Assembly (NCBI GenBank): GCA_964434285.1
Contig: CAYSUJ010000001.1
Span: forward strand, 240,564 to 304,563
Length of the DNA stretch: 64,000 nucleotides
Reading direction: 5' to 3'
Origin: an uncultured Candidatus Saccharibacteria bacterium
Lineage (GTDB): Bacteria; Patescibacteriota; Minisyncoccia; Phycocordibacterales; UBA2100
Part shown: positions 9,295-17,826 of the stretch, in pieces
Numbering within the stretch: the first letter of the stretch is position 1
Layout of the letters: each line of letters starts with the position of its first letter
Made by a program: the position numbers and the translations under genes
Notes under the pieces: generated by a model
What the model was told of the DNA's origin: nothing
Database searches by the model: none
Seen by the model: the letters and a program-made list of their open reading frames with translations, nothing else

Positions 9295-9355
9295 CGCCTT
9301 GTCCCCCATGAGCCCCACACATACAATAGATAAAGGCACTCCTCGTAAGAGGAGC

Positions 9356-9913
9356 ATGGCCTTTGCGTCTTATATGAAAGGCTCCTCGTACGAAGCAGAA
9401 TATCTTTCGGCCTTTGAAATGCACTCAGATGCACTCTTCCGCCACGCATTCTTCCGGCTCTCAAACCGGGACCGCGCGCAAGAGCTCACACAAGAGGCGT
9501 TTCTCAAAACCTGGGACTTTCTGCGCAAGGGGGGCGACGTGCGCGATTTCAAAAGTTTTTTGTATCGCATTTTGAATAATCTCATCATCGACGAGTATCG
9601 AAAGAAGAAATCTTCTTCGCTCGACGAAATACTCGAAGACGATACCGGCGCTTTCGAGGCACGCATGTCAGAGGGTAGCCGTGTCGAGACAGAAACCGAG
9701 CTTGATGAGAAAGTGATCGGCGCGCGTATCCGGGAAAAGATTGAGGAATTGCCCACGATGTATCGTGAGGCGGTCACCATGCGCTTCATCGACGAGCTCT
9801 CGCCAAAAGAAATTGCGGAGATGCTCGGGGAGAGCGAGAACGTCATCTCCGTGCGCATCCATCGTGGAGTCAATAAGCTCAAGCAATTGTGTAGTAATGA
9901 ATCATATGAATAA
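9356..9913 (+). CDS. ECF (sigma-70 family) RNA polymerase sigma factor
   Basis: Region-2 LTQEAFLKTWDFL and region-4 HTH ELSPKEIAEMLGESENVISVRIHRGVNKLK. An RBS-like AGAGGAG sits at 9345-9351. Confidence 0.8.
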   Translation: MAFASYMKGSSYEAEYLSAFEMHSDALFRHAFFRLSNRDRAQELTQEAFLKTWDFLRKGGDVRDFKSFLYRILNNLIIDEYRKKKSSSLDEILEDDTGAFEARMSEGSRVETETELDEKVIGARIREKIEELPTMYREAVTMRFIDELSPKEIAEMLGESENVISVRIHRGVNKLKQLCSNESYE

Positions 9914-11231
9914 CTTTGAAAAACATATCAAGCACACGGGCGCGAGCGTTCATCTTTCGGACGCAGAAAAAGCGCGCATGAAAAGCGTGCTCCAAAGCTA
10001 CATGCGCTTCCATCCCCTACCAGAACCCGTGACCACCTACACAGTGACGCGCGACTGGACACTCTTCCTCTATCGCCCTATCGCGACCTCACTCGTCCTC
10101 GTGCTCGTCGTCGGCTCCGGCGTGTCCTACGCCGCCGAAGGCGCGCTTCCGGGCGACGCGCTCTATACCATCAAGACGAGTGTGAACGAACCCGTGAAAG
10201 TCGCACTTGCCTCCACCGCAGCAGAAAAGGTAGAGGTTGAAATTGAACTCACCGAACGCCGCATCGCAGAGGCAACAGCACTCGCGGCCGACGATCGCCT
10301 CGACGAGATTACCGAAGCTAAGCTCGCAATCGCTCTTGATACACATGCCGAAGCGGCCGCAACTATCATGGAAGAAATCGACGAGGATGACGCGAGCGCG
10401 GGCGCCGAGCTCTCCACACGCTTTGAGACGCGCCTCCGCGCCCGCGAAGACGTCCTCACCGAGGTTCGTCATCAAGGCAAGAATGGAGATTCCGAAAAAA
10501 GCGTCGAGCGCTCGATCCGGACCGCAAGCTCGCGCGTGGCGCTCCTGCGCGAACGCTCCGAAGTCCGTCTCGCACTGGCTCCTGCGCTCGGCGGCAGCCT
10601 CGAAGAGGCTGCCGCCCCAGCGGCTGCAACCATAACCATGGCTGCAAGAGCTGCCACAACGCAAGAAGCAATTTCCCTCACCCTTTCCGCGGATATGGCA
10701 ACAGAAACCACAGAAACCGCTGCAACAAGTGGACCCGCCGTCGAACGGGCGACGGCTGAGCGCATGCACGCCTCTGCCGAGAACAAATTTAAAACAGTGA
10801 GCAAGAAGGCGCGCAAATCCGAGAAAGCCCGCGAGGATCTGAAGATCGCGGAGAACCTTCTCGAAGAGGGCGAAGACCACCTGGGCGATGACGACTACGC
10901 CGCCGCATTCTTCTCCTTCCGCGCCGCACTCGAACAAAGCGAGCGCGTGAGTGTCTTCCTCGATTCCGCAACAATCCTCCAAAAAGCACGCAATAAAAAT
11001 CAGAAGGTGGAGAGTAGAAAAGAGAAGGTGGAAAATGAAAGTCAGATACAAGAAAACAGAAAAGAGACAACAGAAAAAAGCCAAGAGGAGGGTTCCGGAG
11101 ATCAAAAAGATGAAAAGCGCAACGAGGAAAGCGACGATGAGCACAATACTGACGATGACGGGAAAAGCGACACCTCCGGCAGCTCAAAAGTAGAACTCGA
11201 GGTCTCCGGCGGTCTCAACGTCTCGCTCTAA
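9897..11231 (+). CDS. Putative membrane-anchored anti-sigma or co-transcribed partner of the ECF sigma
   Basis: Start overlaps the sigma stop. One TM helix (TSLVLVLVVGSGVSYAA) is followed by long Ala/Glu-rich coiled-coil and Lys/Glu low-complexity sequence. The call is from position and architecture only. Confidence 0.5.
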   Translation: MNHMNNFEKHIKHTGASVHLSDAEKARMKSVLQSYMRFHPLPEPVTTYTVTRDWTLFLYRPIATSLVLVLVVGSGVSYAAEGALPGDALYTIKTSVNEPVKVALASTAAEKVEVEIELTERRIAEATALAADDRLDEITEAKLAIALDTHAEAAATIMEEIDEDDASAGAELSTRFETRLRAREDVLTEVRHQGKNGDSEKSVERSIRTASSRVALLRERSEVRLALAPALGGSLEEAAAPAAATITMAARAATTQEAISLTLSADMATETTETAATSGPAVERATAERMHASAENKFKTVSKKARKSEKAREDLKIAENLLEEGEDHLGDDDYAAAFFSFRAALEQSERVSVFLDSATILQKARNKNQKVESRKEKVENESQIQENRKETTEKSQEEGSGDQKDEKRNEESDDEHNTDDDGKSDTSGSSKVELEVSGGLNVSL

Positions 11232-11269
11232 TATCACGCATCACTCCGGGTACCAATCGATTTTTCTTA

Positions 11270-11308
11270 ATACGATAACTATACCCGACCGGATAGAGTT
11301 ATCGTATG
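11270..11308. promoter_or_regulatory. 36-nt palindromic element, copy 3 (ATACGATAACTatacccgaccggatagAGTTATCGTAT)
   Basis: 11-bp perfect arms. Core CCCGACCGG is shared with copies 1 and 2. A TGCTAGAAT -10 box follows at 11345-11353. Confidence 0.5.
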
Positions 11309-11361
11309 CGCAAAGACGGCTGCATTGGGGGTGGCACAACTCACCGTGCTAGAATCGCGGC

Positions 11362-12084
11362 ATGCCAAAGCATTTCTTTTTTGACCTCGACAACACGCTC
11401 ACCCTAAGCCGTGCGGGAATGGCACCGCGCCATGTACCAATGTTCCAAGAACTGTGCGCACGACATGACGTGGTAGTCGTCACGGGCGGCGCCGAAGAAC
11501 AAATACAAAAGCAGATCCCCTTTCCAAGCGCTGGCAATTTCACAATGTTGAGCCAGCAAGGTAATTACGCCGTGGCGAAAGACGGCACGCTGTTGTGGTA
11601 TGAGACGGTCACTCTTGAACAAGAAGCCGCTGTTCGCGCGTTTGCCGATCTTCTTACCGCAGAACTTGCCCTTCAGGTATCTGACTCGAACGATTTGTTC
11701 GAGAATCGTGGCAGCCAACTCGCATACAGCACGCTCGGTTTCCACGCGAAAAATGAGCTCAAGTACGCGTACGATCCTGATCAATCCAAGCGACGTGCAC
11801 TTCTCGCCGCGCATCCAGAAGAGATGGCACACCTGCATGCTGCAGGTATCGAGGCAATGCCGGCGGGCTCAACAACCATCGATTTCATTCTCAAGGGCAA
11901 GAATAAAGGTCACAACATCAGAAAGCTTATCGAAAATAATAACTGGCAGAAAGAAGAATGCCTCTACATCGGCGACGCCCTCTTCCCCGGCGGGAACGAC
12001 GAAACGGTGATCGGCGTCATCCCCACTCACTCAGTCAAGAACCCCGAGGAAACATTTGCATATCTCGCATCGCTCCTGGGCTAA
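11362..12084 (+). CDS. HAD-superfamily hydrolase, subfamily IIB
   Basis: FFDLDNTLT (DxDxT) motif I. C-terminal YIGDALFPGGNDETV motif IV. Confidence 0.8.
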   Translation: MPKHFFFDLDNTLTLSRAGMAPRHVPMFQELCARHDVVVVTGGAEEQIQKQIPFPSAGNFTMLSQQGNYAVAKDGTLLWYETVTLEQEAAVRAFADLLTAELALQVSDSNDLFENRGSQLAYSTLGFHAKNELKYAYDPDQSKRRALLAAHPEEMAHLHAAGIEAMPAGSTTIDFILKGKNKGHNIRKLIENNNWQKEECLYIGDALFPGGNDETVIGVIPTHSVKNPEETFAYLASLLG

Positions 12085-12154
12085 CACCATTTCTTGCAGA
12101 ACCCGAGTAGGAGGCGTAATCTGCACACATCGTCAGCAGTGAAAGGGACGCGAC

Positions 12155-12511
12155 ATGACGAAAACGTTCTTTGCACTCTCAGTGCTTCTGAGCTGGACTG
12201 TTTCGAATGCAGCGACGGCGCAGGATGGCCACCACGGCCATGGACACAGCACGTATCACCCGTGGTACGAAAGTCTCTACGATCACAAAGGCCATTCGTG
12301 CTGCAACGACCGCGATTGCCGCCCAACCGAACATCGTGCAAATGCCGACGGAACGATCGAGGTCATGGTTGACGGCAACTGGATGAAAGTGCCGCCCGAG
12401 AAAATCCTTAACAAGTCTGCACCAGATCTCGGGAGTCATGTCTGTGCAACTCCACCAGTACCGTGGCAACCGACGAAAATTCTCTGCGTGGTTCTCGGTC
12501 ATGGCGTCTGA
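12155..12511 (+). CDS. Small secreted His/Cys-rich protein
   Basis: Signal peptide MTKTFFALSVLLSWTVSNAATA, HGHGH and CC/C motifs. Confidence 0.45.
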   Translation: MTKTFFALSVLLSWTVSNAATAQDGHHGHGHSTYHPWYESLYDHKGHSCCNDRDCRPTEHRANADGTIEVMVDGNWMKVPPEKILNKSAPDLGSHVCATPPVPWQPTKILCVVLGHGV

Positions 12512-12522
12512 TCTGAAGCCAA

Positions 12523-12551
12523 ACTGCAAGCCCCGTCTCGACGGGGCTTTT
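12523..12551 (+). terminator. Rho-independent terminator AAGCCCCGTC-tcga-CGGGGCTT plus T6
   Basis: Perfect stem followed by TTTTTT. Confidence 0.7.
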
Positions 12552-12582
12552 TTCCAACCTCATCGTCCAGACAAAAAACATC

Positions 12583-12618
12583 CCCGACCAGCGTACGCCG
12601 GTCGGGGACTTTTTCTGA
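12583..12618. terminator. Bidirectional terminator hairpin CCCCGACC-agcgtacgcc-GGTCGGGG with T-runs on both strands
   Basis: ACTTTTT follows on the plus strand and ATGTTTTTT on the minus strand. It sits between the convergent 12155..12511 (+) and 12634..14160 (-) genes. Confidence 0.65.
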
Positions 12619-12633
12619 AAGAACTTCGGAAGG

Positions 12634-14160
12634 TTAGCCGTGAGCTGCCTTGCCCGCGCCGTTGAACGAAAGCTTCATAGCTTGTCCGGCGTTCACGAGG
12701 CCGTCGGCGAGCTTGCTCATGTCGTTGGTGTTGCCACCGGCGACCTGATTCCTGAACATCTCACCCTCAGCTTTCACCTCACGGGCAACGGCTTCGAGGT
12801 CAGCGCCGGTAATTTTGGCGTTGACGTCGCCGGTGCGCCGATTGGCTTCGAGCTCTGCTCGGTTCACAGCTTCCTTGACCCGCGCCGGGATTTCTCCCGC
12901 GAGGATTGCCCCGACACCCGAAAGATCGGTGTTGGGAGCAAGGAGCTTGCCCGCGAACATCTCCACCATCCTAACGACAGTGTCGGCGTCCGGTGCATGC
13001 ACCGGAACGACCAAGTCGATACGACCAGGACGCCGCATAGCAGCGTTGATCTTGTCGGCGTGATTCGAAGTCAGCACCGTTAGGATTTCCGAGGCCTTGC
13101 CGTCGATGCCATCGAGCTGGTTCAGAAGCTCGTTGACCTCTTTCGTGCGATCCAGCCCAGCCACGCGCTCGATGTCTTCAACGAAGACAACGACCGGCTG
13201 GTACTGCACCGCCCACTGCAGAGCCTGCGGGAGCTCGGCCGGATTCTTGACGTAAATGAACGTCCAGCCCGCGGCCGTCGACTCGCGCGCGATGTAACTC
13301 GCGAGCAAGGTCTTGCCGACTCCATACTCGCCCGCGAAGAGCACGCCGCGCTTGAGCGACTTACCCTGCGCCCTGCGCTGTGCCGCATACTTGATCGGCA
13401 CGAGCACGTTCCGGTCGATGGAGTTCTGCAGGTCCTGCCGGAAGATCGGAGTCTCGCCGGTGATCTTGAAGAATTTCGGCTTAGGCATCCGATCCGGCCG
13501 ACCCTGTGCGTCGTGGAACGCGATCGAGAAGGCTTTCCCCTTGTGGAGGCTTTCTTTCGTCGCGATCTCGCGCACTTTCTCGAGCAGACGACGAATGCGC
13601 TGCTCGTAGAGGCGTTTGCATTCGACATGGCACTGAAAGACGATGCGACCATCCTCGAAGGCAGTGTCGGTCCTGACCGTGGCACCGTCCATACCCGGAA
13701 GCTCGAATTGGCCCCAGGGAATCTGAACGGTCTTGCCGAGTTCGACCTCGACGTCGAGTTGGTGCGCATTACCGTCGATCGAGCTCATCTGGTTGAAAAG
13801 CCCGAGTCCGCTCGTGATCGCCTTCTTCAGTGCATGAGCCCCATCCCACGGAGCCACCGGAAGGGTGACGTGGATCTGGGTCCATTGCTGCTCGAAGTCG
13901 TCTTGACGCTCGAGTGCATCGATCACATCGCGCAGCTTCGCACCTTCGGGCAAGATGATTTTGTCGCCCTCGCGCCCGACGGACGGATTGTAGGCTTTCT
14001 CATCGCCACCGCCGGCAAATGCCGCGATGGCAGCCATGAGAGCCGCCTGCGAATCAGAGCCCCGACCGAGGATCTTCTCAAGAATGGCGCGTTCGTTTCC
14101 TTTAAGCTTAGTCATGTTGACTTCTCCGTTTGTTTGGATTGACGTTAGGTTGACGTTCAT
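12634..14160 (-). CDS. Classic-clade AAA ATPase with an N-terminal domain of about 250 aa of unknown function
   Basis: Walker A GVLFAGEYGVGKT, Walker B VVFVEDIERV, second region of homology NHADKINAAMRRPGRIDLV, and a pre-Walker linker of Vps4/FtsH type. The start could instead be MTKLKG at 14115. Confidence 0.85.
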   Translation of the reverse strand: MNVNLTSIQTNGEVNMTKLKGNERAILEKILGRGSDSQAALMAAIAAFAGGGDEKAYNPSVGREGDKIILPEGAKLRDVIDALERQDDFEQQWTQIHVTLPVAPWDGAHALKKAITSGLGLFNQMSSIDGNAHQLDVEVELGKTVQIPWGQFELPGMDGATVRTDTAFEDGRIVFQCHVECKRLYEQRIRRLLEKVREIATKESLHKGKAFSIAFHDAQGRPDRMPKPKFFKITGETPIFRQDLQNSIDRNVLVPIKYAAQRRAQGKSLKRGVLFAGEYGVGKTLLASYIARESTAAGWTFIYVKNPAELPQALQWAVQYQPVVVFVEDIERVAGLDRTKEVNELLNQLDGIDGKASEILTVLTSNHADKINAAMRRPGRIDLVVPVHAPDADTVVRMVEMFAGKLLAPNTDLSGVGAILAGEIPARVKEAVNRAELEANRRTGDVNAKITGADLEAVAREVKAEGEMFRNQVAGGNTNDMSKLADGLVNAGQAMKLSFNGAGKAAHG

Positions 14161-14162
14161 CC

Positions 14163-14408
14163 TCAGGCATTCTCGAGGCAGACATCTACTGCTCTCGGAA
14201 CTTTATTGCCTGCGGAATCATCGACAGTACCAATGGCGAAATGGACGTTGAGTCCACGCGCGAGCTCCAATCCTCCTCGGACTGAAGCCACGACGAACTT
14301 GCGTCCGTCGTATTGGCTAGCATAGTCTTTCACACGCACCGTCCAGACTGTTCGTCCGACCGCCGCGAGATGAGACCCGCTGACAAAGCCGCGATGTCTT
14401 GCATTCAT
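14163..14408 (-). CDS. Hypothetical 81-aa protein (operon with the AAA ATPase)
   Basis: ORF sits 2 nt from the AAA gene start on the same strand. Confidence 0.4.
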   Translation of the reverse strand: MNARHRGFVSGSHLAAVGRTVWTVRVKDYASQYDGRKFVVASVRGGLELARGLNVHFAIGTVDDSAGNKVPRAVDVCLENA

Positions 14409-14417
14409 CGCAGCCTC

Positions 14418-14894
14418 CTAGTGACGCGTCGATGGTTTTTCTCCCGTCGCGGAAGTGCCGCCGAAACGTTCACGAAGCGAGTCGAGAAATTCTTTCAGGC
14501 CTTCGCCATCAAGAACGCCGACAAGATTTTCGTGATCCGTCCAAACGACTTTCCAACCCTTCCTGATACCGATGTTGGGCTTCGCCCACAGTTCAGGAAA
14601 AGCATGGCGACACGAGACCCAGAACATGTCCTTAAGGACATCTGCCTGGGTGTCAAAGTATGCAGCTTCAGCCAACTTCTCCTCGCGCTCCTTTCCTCGG
14701 AGCATGAGGACGGCTGCTGCCGCCTCTTTGGACTTCTTCTGGTATTCGAGCATGAGGAAGAAGAGCCTGCGCATATCCTGGTCGGCAATGCCGACAGGAG
14801 TATCGTGCTCGCACCCTTCGTAATCAGGCTCGACAGAATCCTCATCCGTAACCCTAGCGAGCTCAGCCTGAATCGATTTAAGCCATGATGTCAT
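14418..14894 (-). CDS. Hypothetical 158-aa protein (first gene of the AAA operon)
   Basis: AAAGGAG RBS 7 nt upstream on the minus strand. No recognisable motifs. Confidence 0.45.
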   Translation of the reverse strand: MTSWLKSIQAELARVTDEDSVEPDYEGCEHDTPVGIADQDMRRLFFLMLEYQKKSKEAAAAVLMLRGKEREEKLAEAAYFDTQADVLKDMFWVSCRHAFPELWAKPNIGIRKGWKVVWTDHENLVGVLDGEGLKEFLDSLRERFGGTSATGEKPSTRH

Positions 14895-15074
14895 GGCCGT
14901 CTCCTTTCTGACACTAGTTGACGTTATGACAGTAAGTAGTTTTTAGGCTGATTTACCTCCTTTTTCAAAGATCGAAAATCCGTCTCCATTTGGAGACGAG
15001 GTAGGATTATAATACAATAATGTGTATCCTGTCAAATACAATTTTGCTTTATTCATTTGCTATAATCCCGTTGC

Positions 15075-15833
15075 ATGTCCTCCCCCGCTCTCAAAATCAC
15101 GAATCTCAAAAAGAAGTATGCCAACGGCACCGAAGCCCTCAAGGGCGTTTCGCTCGAAGTGCCTGCGGGAGACTTCTTCGCACTTCTCGGGCCAAATGGC
15201 GCGGGGAAAACGACCATCATCGGCATCTCAACTGGCCTCGTAAACAAGAGCGAGGGTTCGGTTTCGGTATTCGGATACGACATCGACAAAGAGCCTGAGA
15301 TGGCGAAAGCGCAGATCGGTCTCGTCGGTCAAGAGATTAATTTCAACCCGTTCGAAAAGCCGATTGATATCGTCGTGAATCAGGGTGGCTACTACGGCAT
15401 CCCCCGCGCGGAGGCGATTCCCCGCGCTGAGCAACTTCTCAAAGACTTGGGGCTCGGCGAAAAGATGAACGTCAAATCCATGGAACTTTCCGGCGGCATG
15501 AAGCGTCGCCTCATGATCGCCCGCGCCCTCATACACAAGCCGCGCTTCCTCGTCTTGGACGAACCAACAGCGGGGGTGGACGTCGAACTCCGCCGCGGCA
15601 TGTGGGATTACTTACGCAAACTCACGTCCGAAGGCCTTACGATCCTACTCACTACACACTATCTGGAAGAAGCAGAACAACTCGCGAAGCATGTTGCCAT
15701 CATCCGAAAAGGCGAAATCGTCGCGAACGGCACCATGGATGAGATCCTCGGCATGCACCAAGATAAAGGCGGCGAGGGCTACAAAGGCGGCAGGCTTGAG
15801 GAAGTGTTCATCCAGCTCACGAAGGAGAATTAA
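15075..15833 (+). CDS. ABC transporter ATP-binding protein (ABC-2 exporter type)
   Basis: Walker A GPNGAGKTT, signature LSGGMKRRL, Walker B LVLDEPT. TTGCTATAAT -10 box 7 nt upstream, so likely leaderless. Confidence 0.9.
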   Translation: MSSPALKITNLKKKYANGTEALKGVSLEVPAGDFFALLGPNGAGKTTIIGISTGLVNKSEGSVSVFGYDIDKEPEMAKAQIGLVGQEINFNPFEKPIDIVVNQGGYYGIPRAEAIPRAEQLLKDLGLGEKMNVKSMELSGGMKRRLMIARALIHKPRFLVLDEPTAGVDVELRRGMWDYLRKLTSEGLTILLTTHYLEEAEQLAKHVAIIRKGEIVANGTMDEILGMHQDKGGEGYKGGRLEEVFIQLTKEN

Positions 15834-15960
15834 TTTGCAAGCTTCAAAGATCAATTCGCAAAAGAAATCACAATGAACAAATTACAAACATATACGAACA
15901 TTTGTGGCATGCGATTTGGAATTTCATTTGCAAATTGCAAATTGTCAAATTGAAAATTGT

Positions 15961-16743
15961 ATGTCTCCTTCCCAACAATGGATTTCCTTCTACACCATGA
16001 TCCGCAAGGACGTCGTTCGTATGTTCCGCATCTGGGTTCAGACGTTCCTGCCATCGGTCATCACTTCCTCTCTCTACTTTCTCGTTTTTGGCACCGTTCT
16101 TGGTTCACGCATCGGAGAAATGCAGGGCGTGGATTACATGACCTTCGTTGTCCCGGGGCTCGTCATGCTCGCGATTGTCACTACGAGCTACGCGAACACG
16201 TCATTCACCTTTTTCGCTTCCAAATTCTTCGCAAAAAATATTGAGGAGATTCTCGTCTCACCCACGCCACCATGGCTCATGATCGCGGGGTTCGTCGGCG
16301 GTGGCATCGTGCGTGGTGTTATCACGGGCGCCCTGGTGCTTCTCGTTTCTCTTTTCTTCACGGGACTCTCGCTCTCGATCCATAACCTCATCATCATCCT
16401 CGGCTTCGCCGTCCTCACGTGTCTCGTATTCGCACTCGCTGGTCTCGTAAACGGCATTTATGCGAAATCAATTGATGGCATCAACATCGTCCCCACATTT
16501 GTCCTCACCCCACTCGTCTACCTCGGCGGCATCTTTTATTCAGTGCATGCCCTGCCCGACTGGTGGCAGGCAATCACGTACGCTAATCCCCTCTTTTATC
16601 TCATCAACGGCTTCCGCTATGGTTTCTTAGGCTTTTCAGACGTCTCTCTCACACTCGCCGTCAGCATCCTCGCGGCAATGGTGGTCGCCCTCGTAACACT
16701 CAACTGGTATCTCATCCGCACCGGCCTTGGCTTGAAGCAGTAG
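15961..16743 (+). CDS. ABC-2 family transporter permease
   Basis: 6-TM ABC-2 permease layout directly downstream of the ATPase. Confidence 0.8.
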   Translation: MSPSQQWISFYTMIRKDVVRMFRIWVQTFLPSVITSSLYFLVFGTVLGSRIGEMQGVDYMTFVVPGLVMLAIVTTSYANTSFTFFASKFFAKNIEEILVSPTPPWLMIAGFVGGGIVRGVITGALVLLVSLFFTGLSLSIHNLIIILGFAVLTCLVFALAGLVNGIYAKSIDGINIVPTFVLTPLVYLGGIFYSVHALPDWWQAITYANPLFYLINGFRYGFLGFSDVSLTLAVSILAAMVVALVTLNWYLIRTGLGLKQ

Positions 16744-16810
16744 CGATAGAAATTGCACTCGTTTCGTGGTACAAAGCTCCAAGTTTTGTTCTACGAGAAG
16801 GAGAAAAATC

Positions 16811-17782
16811 ATGGCGTATCTCTCGCCAATGCGCGAATCAATTCCAACGCTCGCCGGTTTGCATCTCGCCCATCGCGGCAAGGTCCGCGATAGCTATGAA
16901 CTCTTCGGCAATCGCCGGCTAATCGTCGCAACCGACGCAATCAGCATCTTCGACTTCGTCTTAAACGCGCTCGTCCCCGGCAAGGGAGCGATCTTGAACG
17001 CACTCAGCCACCACTGGCTTGCGTTCCTCGAGTCACGAGGCATTGCGACCCACATGATCGCCGCAGGAGCGCGAATCGACGCATACCTACCCGAATCCAT
17101 ACAGGGCAACACAGAGCTACAGACACGTGCGATGGTAGCGCGAAATCTCAAGATGATTCCGATCGAATTCATCGCGCGCAACTGCCTGACCGGCTCGGCC
17201 CTATCACAGTACCGAAAATCGGGGACCGTATACGGTCATGTTCTGCCAGCTGGCCTGCACGACGGTGACAGGCTCAAAGAACCTCTCTTCACGCCGACGA
17301 CAAAAGCAGAAGAGGGACACGACGAACCGATGAGTGAAGAGTACGTTCGCAGTGAGTATCCAGAAGCAACGCGTACCTTTCTGCACGCATTTGCTGTAAT
17401 AACGGCCGAAGCGTGGAGTAAGGGCATCGTACTTGCTGATAGTAAGGGCGAGCTTGATACAGAGGGCTGCATCGGCGATGAGTTCGGTACACCGGATTCC
17501 TCGCGCTTTTGGGACCTTGATGCGTGGATCACTTCGCGCGAAGCAAACAGCCGCACTGCACCAACGCCCTTCGACAAGCAGATGGTACGGGCGTGGGGTA
17601 TCGAGCGCGGCATCAATACGCTCGATCCTACGAACCCCGAACACGTCAAGCACGTTCATGATCTGGACGTTCCAGAGGAGCTGCTGCAAGCAACCGCAGA
17701 CATCTATCGGACGATTTTCCAAAAACTCACCGGCTTCCCCCTCGAAGAGTATCAACGCCGGTTTTTAGGGATTTCTGTCTAA
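16811..17782 (+). CDS. purC: Phosphoribosylaminoimidazole-succinocarboxamide synthase (SAICAR synthetase), long form
   Basis: HRGKVRDSYELFGNRRLIVATDAISIFD matches the PurC GKVR-x-Y...TDR-SAFD N-terminal signature. Confidence 0.7.
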   Translation: MAYLSPMRESIPTLAGLHLAHRGKVRDSYELFGNRRLIVATDAISIFDFVLNALVPGKGAILNALSHHWLAFLESRGIATHMIAAGARIDAYLPESIQGNTELQTRAMVARNLKMIPIEFIARNCLTGSALSQYRKSGTVYGHVLPAGLHDGDRLKEPLFTPTTKAEEGHDEPMSEEYVRSEYPEATRTFLHAFAVITAEAWSKGIVLADSKGELDTEGCIGDEFGTPDSSRFWDLDAWITSREANSRTAPTPFDKQMVRAWGIERGINTLDPTNPEHVKHVHDLDVPEELLQATADIYRTIFQKLTGFPLEEYQRRFLGISV

Positions 17783-17826
17783 CTGAAAGGGCCCGCGCAT
17801 GTTGCGTCGGGCCCTTCTCATTTCTT

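Noticed and set aside
9203-9355. Upstream extension of the ECF sigma ORF to 9203 (track version, 236 aa)
   Set aside because: The extension overlaps the preceding gene's 3' end and its terminator hairpin. The sigma-70 region 2 begins after the internal Met at 9356, which has an AGAGGAG RBS.
10089-11144. 351-aa minus-strand ORF and several other ORFs of 100-130 aa (10163..10459, 10472..10816, 10789..11187) antisense to the anti-sigma-like gene
   Set aside because: They lie opposite a low-complexity Ala/Glu/Lys-rich coding region. Their Cys/Phe/Leu-rich or Arg/Ser-rich composition is the complement artefact. No RBS is present, and the sense-strand gene has a coherent architecture.
13122-13769. 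215-aa Ser/Arg-rich ORF on the minus strand within the AAA ATPase gene
   Set aside because: It is an out-of-frame reading of the AAA gene. Its composition (S/R/T runs) is typical of off-frame GC-rich sequence, and the in-frame AAA product has all catalytic motifs.
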